From the human T2T-CHM13v2.0 reference genome, Homo sapiens, in the NCBI RefSeq assembly GCF_009914755.1, contig NC_060934.1: a DNA stretch of 64,000 nt. One strand, given 5' to 3'. Position numbers and translations under genes: made by a program. The notes beneath the pieces were generated by a model, which was given only the letters and a program-made list of their open reading frames with translations, did no database searches and was not told the DNA's origin. The stretch's first letter is position 1, and every line of letters begins with the position of its first letter. Below, piece after piece: positions 1 to 14,228 of the stretch.

Positions 1-487
1 GATCTCAAACCGCACAAAAATATCCCTTTACAGATTCTACAAAAAGACTGTTTACAATCTGCTCAACCAAAATAACAGTTACACTCTGTGAGATGAATAC
101 ACACATCACAAGGAAGTTTCTCAGAAAGATTTTGTCTAGTTTTTATGTGAAGATACTTCCTTTTTCACCATAGGCCTCAAAGCATACACAAATATCACTT
201 CGCAGATTCTAGAAAAAGACTGTTTCCAAACTGCTCAATCAAAAGAATAGTTCTACTCTGTGAGACTAGTGAACACATCACAAAGAAGTTTATCAGAAAA
301 CTTCGGTCTAGTTGTTTTTTTGTGAATATATTTCCTTTCTCACCATAGGCCAAAAACTGCTCACAAATACACCTTTGCAGATTCCCCAAAAAGACTGTTT
401 CCAAACTGCTCCATCAAAAGAGATGTTCAACTCTGTGTGATGAATGCACACATCACAAAGCAGTTACTCAGAAAGCTTTTCTGTTTG
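1..487 (-). repeat. Monomeric alpha satellite (A-type monomers, no CENP-B box)
   Basis: ~171 bp units carrying TGTTTCCAAACTGCTCAATCAAAAG, ACTCTGTGAGATGAATGCACACATCACAAAGAAGTTTCTCAG and TTCCTTTTTCACCATAGGCC, i.e. the reverse complement of the usual alphoid consensus. Confidence 0.97.
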
Positions 488-492
488 TTTTT
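475..492 (+). repeat. Degenerate L1 target-site duplication, left copy (right copy ~1711-1727)
   Basis: Left GCTTTTCTGTTTGTTTTT vs right GCTTCTTTGTTGTTTTT, both derived from alphoid GCTTCTGTCTAGTTTTT. The right copy ends TTTTT/AT, resembling an L1 endonuclease site. Removing 1236 bp (475-1710) restores the alpha register: AGATGTTCAACTCTGTGTGATGAA at 421 and 2511 become 854 bp (5 monomers) apart. Confidence 0.65.
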
Positions 493-1056
493 TTTTCATT
501 ATTATACTTTAAGTTTTAGGGTACATGTGCACAATGTGCAGGTTAGTTACATATGTAAACATGTGCCACACTGGTGCGCTGCACCCACTAACTCGTCATC
601 TAGCATTAGGTATATCTCCCAATGCTATCCCTCCCCCTTCCCCTAACCCCACAACAGTCCCCAGAGTGTGATGTTCCCATTCCTGTGTCCATATGTTTTC
701 ATTGTTCAATTCCCACCTATGAGTGAGAATATGTGATGTATGATTTTTTGTTCCTGCGATAGTTTACTGAGAATGTTGATTTCTAATTTCATTCATGTCC
801 CTACAAAGGACATGAAGTCACAGTTTTTTATGGCTGCATAGTATTCCATGGTGTATATGTGCCACATTTTCTTAATCCAGTCTATCATTGTTGGACATTT
901 GGGTTGGTTCCAAGTCTTTGCTATTGTGAATCATGCCACAATAAACGTATGTGTGCGTGTGTCTTTGTAGCAGCACGATTTATAGTCATTTGGGTATATA
1001 CCCAGTAATGGGATGGCTGGGTCAAATGGTATTTCTAGCTCTAGATCCCTAAGGAA

Positions 1057-1464
<408 letters not shown>

Positions 1465-1695
1465 TCACCCCTTTCTTTGACTAGGAAAGGGAACTCCCTG
1501 ACCCCTTGCACTTCCCGAATGAGGCAATGCCTTGCCCTACTTCGGCTTGCGCACGGTGCACTGCACCCACTGACCTGAGCCCACTGTCTGGCACTCCCTA
1601 GTGAGATGAACCCGGTACCTCAGATGGAAATGCAGAAATCACCCATCTTCTGCCTCACTCATCCTGGGAGCTGTAGACTGGAGCTGTTGCTATTC

Positions 1696-1705
1696 GGCCA
1701 TCTTG
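1696..1705 (-). promoter_or_regulatory. YY1 site of the L1 5'UTR internal promoter
   Basis: GGCCATCTTG on + reads CAAGATGGCC on -, at the extreme 5' end of the L1. Confidence 0.85.
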
Positions 1706-1710
1706 ACTCT

Positions 1711-4700
1711 GCTTCTTTGTTGTTTTTATGTGAATATAATTCCTTTATCACAATAGGCTTCAACACTCTCCCAAATATCCCTTTGCAGATTCTACAAAAA
1801 CACCACTTCCAAATTGTTCAATCAAAAGTATGCTTCAACACTGTGAGATGAATGCACACATCACAAAGAAGTTTCTCAGAAAGCTTCTGTCAGTTTTGAT
1901 ATGAAGAAATTTCCTTTTTCACCATAGGCCTCAAAGCACTCACAAATGTCCCTTTGCAGATTCCAAAAAAGACTGTTTCCAAACTGCTCAATCAAAAGAA
2001 AAGTTCAACTCTGTGAGATGAATGCAAATATCACAAAGAAGTTTCTCTGAAAGCTTGCTTCTTGGTATTTTGTGAAGACATTTCCTTTTTCACCTTATGG
2101 CCACAAATGGATCACAAATATCCCTTTGAAGATTTTACAAAAAGATTGTTTCCAAACTGCTCAATTTAATGTAAGCCTCGACACCATAAGATGAATGCAC
2201 ACATCACAAAAAGTTTCTCAGAAAGCTTCTGTCTAGTTTTTATGTGAAGTTATTTTCTTTTTCAACATAAGCCTCAAAGTGTTCACAAATATCACTTTGC
2301 AGATTCGACAAAAAGATTGTTTGCAAACTGCTCAAAGGAACAGTTCAACTCTGTGAGATGGATGAACACATCACAAAGAATTTTCCCAGAAAGCTTCTCT
2401 CTAGTTTTTAGGTGAATATATTTACTTTCTCACCATAGGTCTCAAACTGCTCACAAATATACCTTTGCAGATTCTCCAAAAAGACTGATCCCAAACTGAT
2501 CAATCAAAAGAGATGTTCAACTCTGTGTGATGAAAGCACAAATCACAAAGAAGTTCTCAGAAAGCATCTGTCTAGTTTTTATATGAAGATATTTCCTTTT
2601 TCACCATAGTCCTCAAACCACCTTCATATATCCCTTTGCAGATTCTACAAAAATACGGTTTCAAAACTGCTCAATTAAAACAAAGGTTCAACTTCATGAA
2701 ATAAATGCACACTTCACAAAGATGTGTCTCAGAAAGCTTCTGTTTAGTTTTCGTATGAAGAGAATTCCTTTTTCACCGTATGCCACAAAGGGATCACAAA
2801 TCTGCCTTTACAGATTGTACAAAAAGACTGTTTCCAAACTACTCATTCAAAATAAAGTTTCAATTCTGTGAGGTGAATTCACACATCACAAAGAATTTTC
2901 TCAGAGTGTTTCTGTCTAGTTTTTATGTGAAGATATTTACTATATCACCTTAGGCCTCAAAGTGCCCACACATATCCTTTTGCAGATTCTCCTAAAAGAC
3001 TGTTCCAAACTGGTCAATCAAAAGAAAGGTTAAACACTGTGAGATGAATGTGCTCATCATAAAGAAGTTTCTCAGAAAGCTTCTGTTTACTTTTTATGTG
3101 AAGATATTTACTTTTTACCCATAGGCCAAATAGCACTCCAAATATCCCTTTGTAGATTCTACGAAAAGAGTGTTTCCAAACTGCTCAGTCAAAAGAGATA
3201 TTCAACTCTGTGAGATGAATGCACACATCACAAAGAAGTTTCTCAGAATGCTTCTGTCTAGTTTTTATGTGAGGGTATTTACTTTTTCACTGTAGGCCTT
3301 AAACGGCTCTCCAATATCCATCTGCAGACACTACAAAAAGACTGTTTCCAAAATGCTTCACGAAAAGAAATGTTCACCTCTGTGAGATGAATGCCCACTT
3401 CACAAAGAAGTTTCTCAGAATGCTTCTGTCTAGTTTTTATATGAAGATATTTCCTTTTTCACCATAGGCCTCAAAGCGCTCCAAATATCCATTTACAGAG
3501 TCTACAAAAAGACTGTTTCCAAACTGTGCAGTCAAAAGAAATGTTCAATTCTGTGAGATGAAAGAATACGTCACAAAGAAGTTTCTCAGAAAGCTTCTGT
3601 CTAGTTTTTATGTGAAGATATTATCCATTTCACGATAGGCCATTAAGGGCTAACAAATATCCCTTTGCAGATTCAATGAAAAGACTGTTTCCAAACTGCT
3701 CAATCAAAAGAAAGGTTCAACTCTGTGTGATGAATGGACACATCATAAACAAGTTTCTTGGAATGCTTCTGTCTAGTATTTATGTGAAGATATTTATTTT
3801 CACCACAGGCCTCAAACGTCTCAGAAATATCCCTTTGCAGATTTTGCAAAATGACTGTTTCCAAACTTCTCTATCAAAAGAAAATTTCAACTCTTTGAGG
3901 TGAATGCAGGCATCACAAAGTAGTTTATAAGAATGCTTCTGTCTAGTTTTTATGTCAAGATATTTACTTTTTCACCATAGGCCTTAAACTGCTTTCCAAT
4001 ATCCCTCTGCAGACACTACAAAAAAACCATTTCCAACATGCTCCATCAAAGAAAAGTTCACCTCTGTGAGATGAATGCATACATCATGAAAATGTTTCTC
4101 AGAACGCTTCTGTCTAGTTTTTATGTGAAGATATTTCCTTTATCACCAAAGACCTCAAAGCACTCCAAATATCCATTTGCAGATTCTATAAAGGACTGTT
4201 TCCAAACTACTCAATCAAAACAAACGTTCAACTCTATGAGGTGAAAGCAAACATCAGAAAGAAATTTCTCAGTTCCTTTTTCATGATAAGCCTCAAAGCG
4301 CTCAAAATATCCATTTGCAGATTCTGCAAAAAGAGTGTTTCCAAACTGCTCAATCAAAAGAAAGTTTCAACTTTGTGAGACGAATGCACACATCACAAAG
4401 AAGTTTCACAGAATGCTTCTGTGTAGTTTTTATGTGAAGATATTTCCTTTTTCACCAGAGGCTTAAACTGGTCACAAATATCCCTCTGCAGATATACAGA
4501 AAGACTGTTTCCAAAGTGCTCTATCAAAAGAAAGGTTCAACTCTGTGAGATGAATGCACACATCTCAAAGAAGTTTGTCAGAATGCTTCTGTCTAGTTTT
4601 TATGTGAAGATTTTCCTTTTTCAGCATAGGCCTGAAAGCGCTCCAAATATCCAATTGCAGATTCTAAAAAAGGACAGTTGCCAAACTGCTCAATCAAAAA

Positions 4701-7700
4701 GAGTTTCAACTCTGTGAGCTGAAAGTATACATAACAAAATTACCAAGGAAGCTTCTGTCTAGTTTTTATCTGAAGATATTTCCTATTTCACCATAGGCCA
4801 TGAAGGGCTCAGAATTATCCATGTGCAAATTCTACAAAAAGACTGTTTCCAAACTGCTCAATCAATAGAAAGGTTCAACACTGTGAGATGAACGCACATA
4901 TCACAAATAAGTTTCTGAGAATGCTTCTGTCTAGTTTTTTTTGTGTAGATATTCCTTTTTCACCATAGGCCTCAAACGTATAGGAAATATCCGTTTGCAG
5001 ATAGTACAAAAAGACCGTTTCCAAACTGCTCAATCAAAAGAATGGTTCACCTCTGTAAGATGAATGCAGGCATCTCAAAGAAGTTTCTCAGAATGCTTCT
5101 GTCTAGTTTTTATGTGAAGATATTTCCTTTTTCACCATAGGCCTCAAAGCACTCCAAATATCCATTTGCAGATTCTACAAAAACAGTGTTTCTTACCTGC
5201 TCAATCAAAAGAAAGGTTCAACTCTGTGAGATGAATGCACACATCACAAAGAAGTCTCTCAGAATGCTTCTGTCTAGTTTTTATTTGAAGATATTTCCTT
5301 TTTCACCATAGACCTCAAAGCGCTCTTGTATCCCTGTGCAGATTCTATGAAAAGACTGTTTCCAAACTGCTCAATCAAAAAAAAAAAAAATTCAACTCTG
5401 TGAGATGAATGCACACATCACAAAGATGTTTCTCAGAATCCTTCTAGATAGTTTTTATGTAAAGATGTTTCCTTTCTCACCATAGGCCTTAAACCAGTGA
5501 CAAATATCCCCCTGCAGATAATACAAAAAGACTGTTTCAAAAGTGCTCCATCAAAAGCAAGGTTCAAATCTGTGTGATGAATGTACACATCACAAAGAAG
5601 ATTCTGAGAATGCTTCCGTCTGGTTTTTTATGTGAAGATATTTCCTTTTTCACTACAGGCCACAAAGTGCTCCATATATCCATTTGGAGATTCTACAAAA
5701 AGAGTGTTTACAACCTGCTCAATCAAAAGAAATGTTCAACTATGTGAGATGATTGCACACTTCAAAAAGAAGTTTCTCAGAATGCTTCTGTCTAGTTTTA
5801 ATGTGAAGAAATTTCTTTTTTCACAGTAGGCCTTAAACCTGTCGTTAATATCCCTCTGCAGTTACTAAAAAAAGACTTTTTCCAAACTGCTCCATTAAAA
5901 GAAAGGTTCAAGTCTATTAGATGAATGCACACATCACAAAGAAGTTTCTCAGAATGCTTCTGTCTAGTTTTGATGTGAAGATGTTTCCTATTCACCATAG
6001 GCTTCAAATCTTTCCAAATATCCATTTGTAGATTCTACAAATAGAGTATTTCTAACCTACTCAATGAAGAAAAAGTTTCAACTGTGTGAGATGAATGCAC
6101 ACGTCACAAAAAAGTTTCTAAGAATCCTACTGTCTAGTTTTTATCTGAAGGTATTTCCTTTTTCACTGTAGGCCTTAATCTGGTCTCAAATATGCCTCTG
6201 CAGATACTGCAAAAAGAATGTTCCAAACTTCTACATGAAAAGAATGCTTCAACTCTGTGAAATGAATGCACACATCACAGAGAAGTTTCTCAGAATGTTT
6301 CTGGCTAGTTTTTATGTGAAGATATTTCCTTTTTCACCATTGGCCTCAAAACGCTCCAAATATCCTTTTGCGAATTCTACAAAAAGGCTGTTTCCAAACA
6401 GATCAATCAAAAGAATGGTCCAACACTGTGAGATGAAAGCATACATCACAAAGAATTTTCTCAGAATGTTTCTGTCTAGTTTTTATGTGAAGATATTTCC
6501 TATATCACCATAGGCCATAAAGTGCTCACAAATGTCCCTGTGAAGATTCTATGAAAAGACTGTTTCCAAACTGCTAAATGAAAAGAAAGGTTCAACTCTG
6601 TGATATGAATACCCACATCACAAGGAAGTTTCTCAGAATGCTCCTGTCTAGTATTTATCTGAAAAAATTTCTTTTTCACCCTAGGCCTCAAAAGTCTCGG
6701 AAATATCCCTTTGCAGATTGTACAAAAAGACTGTTTCCAAACTGCTCATTCAAAAGAAAGGTTTAACTCTGTGAGCTGAATGCAGGCATCACAAAGAAGT
6801 TTCTCAGAATGATTCTGTCTAGTTTTTATGTGAAGGTATTTCCTATATTACCATAGACCACAAAATGCTTCAAATATCCACTTGTAGATTCTACAAAAAG
6901 ACTCTTTCCGATCTCCTAAATCACAAGAAAGGTTCAGCTCTGTGAGATGAATGCACATATCACAAATAAGTTTCTCAGAATGCCTCTGTGTAATATTTAT
7001 GTGAGGATATTTCCTTTTTCACCATAGGCCTCAAAGCGCTCCAAATACCCATTTGCAGATTCTACAAAAAGAGTGTTTCCAACCTGCTCAATCAAAAGAA
7101 AGGTTCAAGACTGGGAGATGAATGCACACATCATATAGAAGTTTCTCAGAATGCTTCTGTCTAGTTTATATATGAAGATACTTATTTTTCACCATAGGCC
7201 TCAATTGCTTTGGAAATATCCCTTTGCAGATTGTACAAAAAAACTATTTCCGAACTGCTCAATGAAAAGAAAGGTTTAATTCTGTGAGATGAATGCAGGT
7301 TTCACAAAGAAGTTTCTCAGAAAGATTCTGTCTACTATTTATGTGAAGATATTCCCTTTTTCATCATAGGCCTCTAAGTGCTCCAAATATCCATTTGCAG
7401 AGTCTACAAAAACACTTTTTCCAAGTTGATCAATCAAAAGAAAGTTTCAACTCTGTGAGATGAATGGACACATCAAAAAGAAGTTTCTCAGAATGCTTCT
7501 GTCTAGTTTTTATGTGAAGATATTTCCTTTTTCACCATAGACCTTATACCTGTCATTAATATCCCTTTGCAGATACTAAAAAAGGACTTTTTCCAAACTG
7601 CTCCAGTAAAAGAAAGGTTCAACTCTGTGAGATGAATGAACAAATCACAAAGAGGATTCTCAGAATGCTTCTGTATAGTTTTTATGTGAAGACATTTCCT

Positions 7701-10700
7701 TTTAACCGTAGGCCTCAAAGCATTGCAAATATCCATTTGCAAATTCTACAAAAACACTGTTTTCAAACTGCTCAATGAAAAGAAAGGTTCAAGTGGGTCC
7801 GATGAAAGCATACATCACAAAGACGCTTCTCAGAATGCTTCTGTCTAGTTTTTATGTGAAGAAATTTCCTTTATCACCATAGGCCTCAAAGCCCTCCAAA
7901 TATCCATTTGCAGATTCTACAAAAAGAGTGTTTCCAAACTGCCCAATCAAGGGAAAGTTTCAACTGTGAGAGATGAATGTGCACAACACAAAACAGTTTC
8001 TCAGAATGCTTCTGTCTAGTTTTTATGTGAGGATATTTCCTTTTTCACCATAGGCCTTAAACCGGTCACAAATATCCCTCTGTAGATACTACAAAAAGAT
8101 TGTTTCCAAAGTGCTCCATCTAAGGAAAGGTTCAACTCTGTGAGATGAATGTACACATTACAAAGTTTCTCAAAATGCTCCTGTCTAGATTTTATGTGAA
8201 GAAATTTCCTTTTCCACCATAGGCCTCAAAGCCTTCCAAATATCCACTTGCAGATCTTAAAAAAGGTTGATTCCAAACATTTCAATCAAAAGAAAGATTC
8301 AACTCTGTGAGATGAATACACACATCACAAAGAAGTTTCTCAGAATGCGTCTGTCTAGTTTTTTTTGTGAATATATTTCCTTTTTCACCATAGGCCTCAA
8401 AATGCTCTAAATATACATTTGCAGATTCTACAAAACGAGTGATTCCAACTGCTCAATCAAAAGAAAGGTTCAACTCTGTGAGATGAATGCACACATCACA
8501 AAGAAGTTTCTCAGAATACTTCTGTCTAAGTTTTATGTGAAGATATTTCCTTTTTCACCATAGGCCTTAAACCAGACAGAAATATCCCTCTGCAAATACT
8601 ACAAAAAGACTGTTTCCTAACTGGTCCATCAAAAGAAAGGTTCATCTCTGTGAAATGAATGAACATATTGCAAAGAAGTTTCTCAGAATGCTTCCGTCTA
8701 GTTTTCATGTGAAGATATTTCATTTTCATCACAGGCCTCAAAATGCTCCAAATATCCATTTACAGATTCTACAAAAACACTGTTCCCAAACTGCTCAATC
8801 AAAACAAAAGTTAAACTATGTGAGATGAAAGCATACATCACAAAGAAGTTTATCAGAAAGCTTCTGTCTGGTGTTTATGTGAAGATATTTCCTATTTCAC
8901 CATAGACCACAAAGGGCTCACAAATATCCCTGTGCAGATTCTATGAAAAGACTGTTTCGAAACTGCTAAATCAAAAGAAAGGTTCAATTTTGTGAGATGA
9001 ATGAACATATCAAATTGAAGTTTCTCAGAAAGCTTATATTTAGTTTTTATGTGAAGATATTTCATTTTTCACCATAGTCCTCAAAGCGCTCCAAATATCC
9101 TCTTGCAGATTCTACTAAAGGAGTGTTTCCAACCTGCTCAATCAAAAGAAAAGTTTAACTCTGTGAGATGAATGCACACATCACAAAGAAGCTTCTCAGA
9201 ATACTTCTGTCTATTTTTTATGTGAAGTTATTTCCCTTTTCACCACAGGCCTTAAACTGGTAACAAATATCCCATGGCAGAACTACAACAAAACTGTTTC
9301 CAAAATGCTCAATCAAGGAAACGTTCAAATCTGTTAGATGAATGCTCACATCAGGAAGAAGTTTCTCAGAATGCTGCTGTCTAGTTATTATGTGAATATA
9401 TATCCTTTTTCACCATAGGCCTCGAAGCGCTCCAAAAATAAATTTGCAGATTTTACTAAAAGACCGTTTCAAACTGTACAAGCAAAAGAAAGTTTCAACT
9501 CTGTGAGATGAATGAAAACATCAAAAAGATGTTTCTAAGAATGCTTCTGTCTAGTTTTTGTGTGAAGATATTTCCTTTTTCACAATAAATCTTAAATTGG
9601 TCACAAATATCCCTCGGCAGATACTACAAAAAGACTGTTTCCAAACTGCTCAATAAAAAAAGGTTGGTTCATCTCTGTGTGATGAAAGCACACTTTATGA
9701 CGAACTTTCTCAGAATGCTTCTGTCTAGTTTTTATGTGAAGATATTTAATTTTTCACCGTAGTCCTCAAATCACTCCAAATATCCATTTGCAGATTTAAA
9801 AAAAGATGGTTTCCAAACTGCTAAATCAAAAGAAAGCTTCATCTCTGTGAGATGAATGCACACAACACAAAGAAGTTTATCCGAATGCTTCTGTCTAGTT
9901 TTTATGTGAAGATATTTCCTTTTGCACCAGAAGCCTGAAAACCTCCAAAAATCCATTTAGAGATTCTACAAAAAGACTATTTACAAACTGTCCCATCAAA
10001 AGAAAAGTTCACCTCTGTAAGAAGAAAGCATACATCAAAAAGGAATTTCTCAGAAAACTTCTGTCTAGTTTTATGTGATGATATTTCCTCTTTCACCATA
10101 GGCCATAAAGGGCTCACAAATATACCTGTACAGATTCTACAAAAAGTCTGATTCCAAATTGCTCCATTAAAGAAAGTTTCAACTCTGTGAGATGAATGCA
10201 AGCATCACAAAGAAATTTATCAAAATGCTTCTGTCTAGTTTTTATGTACACATATTTCTTCTTCACCAAAGTCCTCAAAGTGATCCAGATATACATTTAC
10301 AGATTCTACAAAAAGAGTGTTTCCAACCTGCTCAATAAAAGGAAAGATTCAACTCTGTGAGATAAAAGCACACATCACAAAGAAGTATCTCAGAAAGCTT
10401 CTGTGTACTTTTCATTTGAAGATATTTCCTTTTTCACAATAGGCTTCAAAGCGCTCCAAATATCCATTTTCAGATTCTACAAATAGAGGGTTTCCAAGCT
10501 GCTTACTCAAAAGAAAGTTTCAACTCTGGGAGATGAAAGCACACATCACAAAGATGTTTCTCAGAATGCTTCTGTCTAGTTTTAATGTGAAGATATTTCC
10601 TTTTTCTCCATATACCTTAAACCTGTCACAAATATCCCTCTGCAGATACTACAAAAAGACTGTTTCCAAAGTGCTTCATCAAAAGAAATGTTCGACTCTG

Positions 10701-13640
10701 TGAGATGAATGCAGGCATCGCAAAGAAGTTCCTCACAATGCTTCTGCCTAGTTTTTCTGTGAGGATATTTCCTTTTTCAGCATAGGCCTCAAAGAGTGTT
10801 TCCAAAATGCTCAATGAAAAGAAAGGTTCAACTCTGTGAGATGAATGCACACATCACAGAGAAGTTTCTGAGAATGCTTCAGTCTAGTTTTTAAGTGAAG
10901 ATATTTCTTTTCCACCATAGGCCTCAAACGGCTAAGAAATATCCATTTGCAGATCGTACAAAAAGACTGTTTCCAAGCTGCTCAATCAAAGGAAAGGTTC
11001 AATTCTGTGAGATGAATGCAGGAATCTAAAAGAAGTTTCTCAGAATGCTTCTGTCTGGTTTTTATGTGAAGATATTTCCATTATCACTATAGGCCTCAGA
11101 GCGCAACAATTATCCATTTGCAGATTCTACAAAAAGACTGTTTCCAAACTGCTCAATGAACAGAAAAGTTCAGCTTGGTGAGATGAAAGCATACATCACA
11201 AGGAAGTTTCTGATAAAGTTTCTCTCTATGTTTTATGTGAAAATATTTCCTATTTCACCATAGGCCATAAGGGGCTCAAAAATAACCCTGGCAGAATTTA
11301 TGAAAATACTGTTTCCAAACTGCTCAATCAAAAGAAAGGTTCAACCTTGTGAGATGAATGCACACATCAAAAAAAGTTTCTCAGGATGCTTCTGTCTACT
11401 TTTACTGAGAAGATATTTCTTTTTCACTATAGGCCTCAAACGGCTCCGAAATATCCCTTTGCATACTGTACAAAAAGACGTTTTCCAAATTGCTCAATAA
11501 AAAGAAAGGTTCCACTCTGTGAAACGAATGTAGGAATCACAAAGAAATTTCTCAGAATGCGTTTGTCTAGTTTTTATGTGCTCATATTTCCTTTTTCACC
11601 ATGGGCCTCAAAAGGCTCCAAATATCCATTTGCAGATTCTACAGAAAGACTGTTTCCAAACTGCTCAGCCAAAGGAAAGGTTCAACCCTTTGAGATAATT
11701 GCACACATCACAAAGATGTTTCTCAGAATGCTTTTGTTTAGTTTTCAGGTGAAAATATTTCCAGTTTCACCATAGGCCTCAAAGTACTCCAAATACCACT
11801 TGCAGATACTACAAAAAGAGTGTTTCAAAACTGCTCAGTCAAAAGAAAGTTTCAACACTGTGAGATGAATGCACATATCACAAAGAAGTTTCTCAGAATG
11901 ATTCTGTCTAGATTTTATGAGGAGATAATTCCTTTTCCATTATAGGCCGCAAAGCACACCAAATATCCACATGCAGATTCTACAAAAAGAATGCCTCAAA
12001 ACTACTCAATCAAAAGAAAGGTTCAACACTGTGAGATGAATGCACACATCACAAAGAAGTTTCCCAGAATACTTCTGTCTAGTTTTTATGTGAAGATATT
12101 TCCATTTCCACAATAGGCCTCAAAGCACTCCAAATATCCACTTGAAGATTCTACAAAAAGTGTGTTTCAAAACTGCTCAATAAAAAGAAAAGTTCATCTC
12201 TGTGAGATGAATGCACACATCACAAAGATATTTCTCAGAATAATTCTATCTAGTTTTAATGTGAAGACATTTCCTTTTCCACCATAGGCCACAAAGCACT
12301 CCAAATAACCATTGGCAGATACTACAGAACGACTGTTTCCAAACTGCTCAATCAAAAGAAAGGTTCAACTCTGTGAGTTGAATGCACACATCAGAAAGTA
12401 GTTTCTCAGAATGCTTCTGTCTAGTTTTTAGGTGAAGATATTACCCTTTCCACCATAGGCCTCAAAGCAGTCCAAATATCCACTTGCAGATTCTACAAAA
12501 AGAGTGCTACAAAACTGCTCAATCAAGGCTGGAAAACCCTCCAAATATCCACTTAGATATTCTACAAAAAGAATGTTTCAAAACTGCACAATCAAAAGAA
12601 AGTTTCAACTCTGTGAGAGAAATGCACACATCACAAAGAAGTTTATCAGAAAGCTTCTGTCTAGTTTTGATGGGAAAATATTCCCTTTTCCACCATAGGC
12701 CTCAAAGCACTGCAAATATCCATTTGCATATACTACAGAAAGACTGTTTCCAAATTGCTCAATCAAAAGAAACTTTCAACCGTGTGAGTTGAATGCACAC
12801 ATCACAAAGAGGTTTCTCAGAATCCTTCGGCCGCATTTTTATGTGAAGATATTTTCTTTTCTACCATAGACCTCAAAGTGCTCCAAATATCCACTGGCAG
12901 CTTCTACAAAAAGAGTGTTTTAAAACTGCTCAATCAAAAGAAAGGTTCAACTCTGTGATTTGATTGCTCACTTCACAAATCAGTTTCTCAGAATGCTCCT
13001 GTCTAGTTTATATGTGAAGATATACCCTTTTCCACCATAAGCCTCAAAGCGCTCTACTTATCCAATTGAATATTCTGCAAAAAGAGTGTTTCAAAACAGC
13101 TCAATCAAAAGAAACATTCAACTATGTGGGATAAGTGCACACATAAAAAAGAAGTTTCTCAGAATGTTTCTGTCTAGTTTTTATGTGAAGATATTTGCTT
13201 TTTGACTATAGGCCACAAAGCACTCCAAATATCCACTTGCAGATTCTACAGAAAACGTGTTTCAAAAGTGCTCAATCGAAAGAAAGGTTCAACTCTGTGA
13301 GATGAATGCACACATCACAAAGAAGCTTCTCAGAGAGCTTCTGTCTAGTTTTTATGTGAAGATATTTCCTTTTCCACTATTGGCCTCAAGGAGTTCCAAA
13401 TATACATTTGGAGACATTATAAAAAGTCTGTTTCCAAACTGCTAAGTGCAAAGAAAGTTTCAACCCTGTGAGATGAATAAACACATCACAAAGAAGTTTC
13501 TCAGAATGCTTCTGTCTAGTTTTTATGTGAAGATATTTGATTTCCAACATAAGTCCCAATGCACCCCAAATATCCATTTGCTGATACTACAAAAAGACTG
13601 TTTCCAAACTGCTCAATGAAAAGAAAGGTTCAACTCTGTG
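1711..13640 (-). repeat. Monomeric/divergent alpha satellite, A-type, several layers
   Basis: Continuous ~171 bp divergent monomers with TTTCC(T)TTT(T/C)CACCATAGGCC at the box position. No CENP-B box seen. Right boundary approximate. Confidence 0.95.
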
Positions 13641-14211
13641 AGTTGAACACACAAATCACAAAGTGGTTTCTCAGAATGATTCTATCTAGTTTTATATGAA
13701 GATATTTCATTTTCTACAATAGGCTTCAAAGCACTCTAAATATGCTCTTGAAAATTCTACAAAAAGAGTGCTTCAAAACTGCTCTATCAAAAGTAAGGTT
13801 CAAATCCATGAGGTGAATGCACACATCACAAAGAAGTTTCTCAGAATTCTTCTGTCTAGTTTTATAAGAAGAAATCCCGTTTCCAAAGAAGGCCTCAAAG
13901 AGGTCCAAATATCCACTTGCAGATTCTACAAAAAGAGGGTTTCAAAACTGCTCTATCAAAAGAAAGGTTAAACTCAGTGAGGTGAACACATATCACGAAG
14001 TGCTTTCTAAGAATGATTCTGTCTCGTCTTATATGAAGATAATTTGTTTCCTACAATAGGCTTCAAAGCAGTCTAAATATGCACTTGGAAATTGTACAAA
14101 AAGAGTGTTTCAAAACAGCTCTAATGAAAGGAGTGTTCAAAACTGTGAGTTCAATGCACACATCACAAAGAAGTTTCTCTGAATTCTTCTGTCTAGTTTT
14201 ATATGAAGAAA

Positions 14212-14228
14212 TCCCGTTTCCAACGAAG
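14212..14228 (-). promoter_or_regulatory. CENP-B box (intact)
   Basis: TCCCGTTTCCAACGAAG, the reverse complement of CTTCGTTGGAAACGGGA. Confidence 0.92.

Noticed and set aside
1606-1851. 81 aa antisense ORF from the L1 5'UTR as possible ORF0
   Set aside because: ORF0 and the antisense promoter lie further into the 5'UTR, mostly within the deleted part. This frame runs out into alpha satellite.
5377-5390. A14 run as a possible retro-insertion tail
   Set aside because: It replaces the alphoid AAAAGAAAGG in register, with no TSD and no element body. Simple homopolymer drift explains it.
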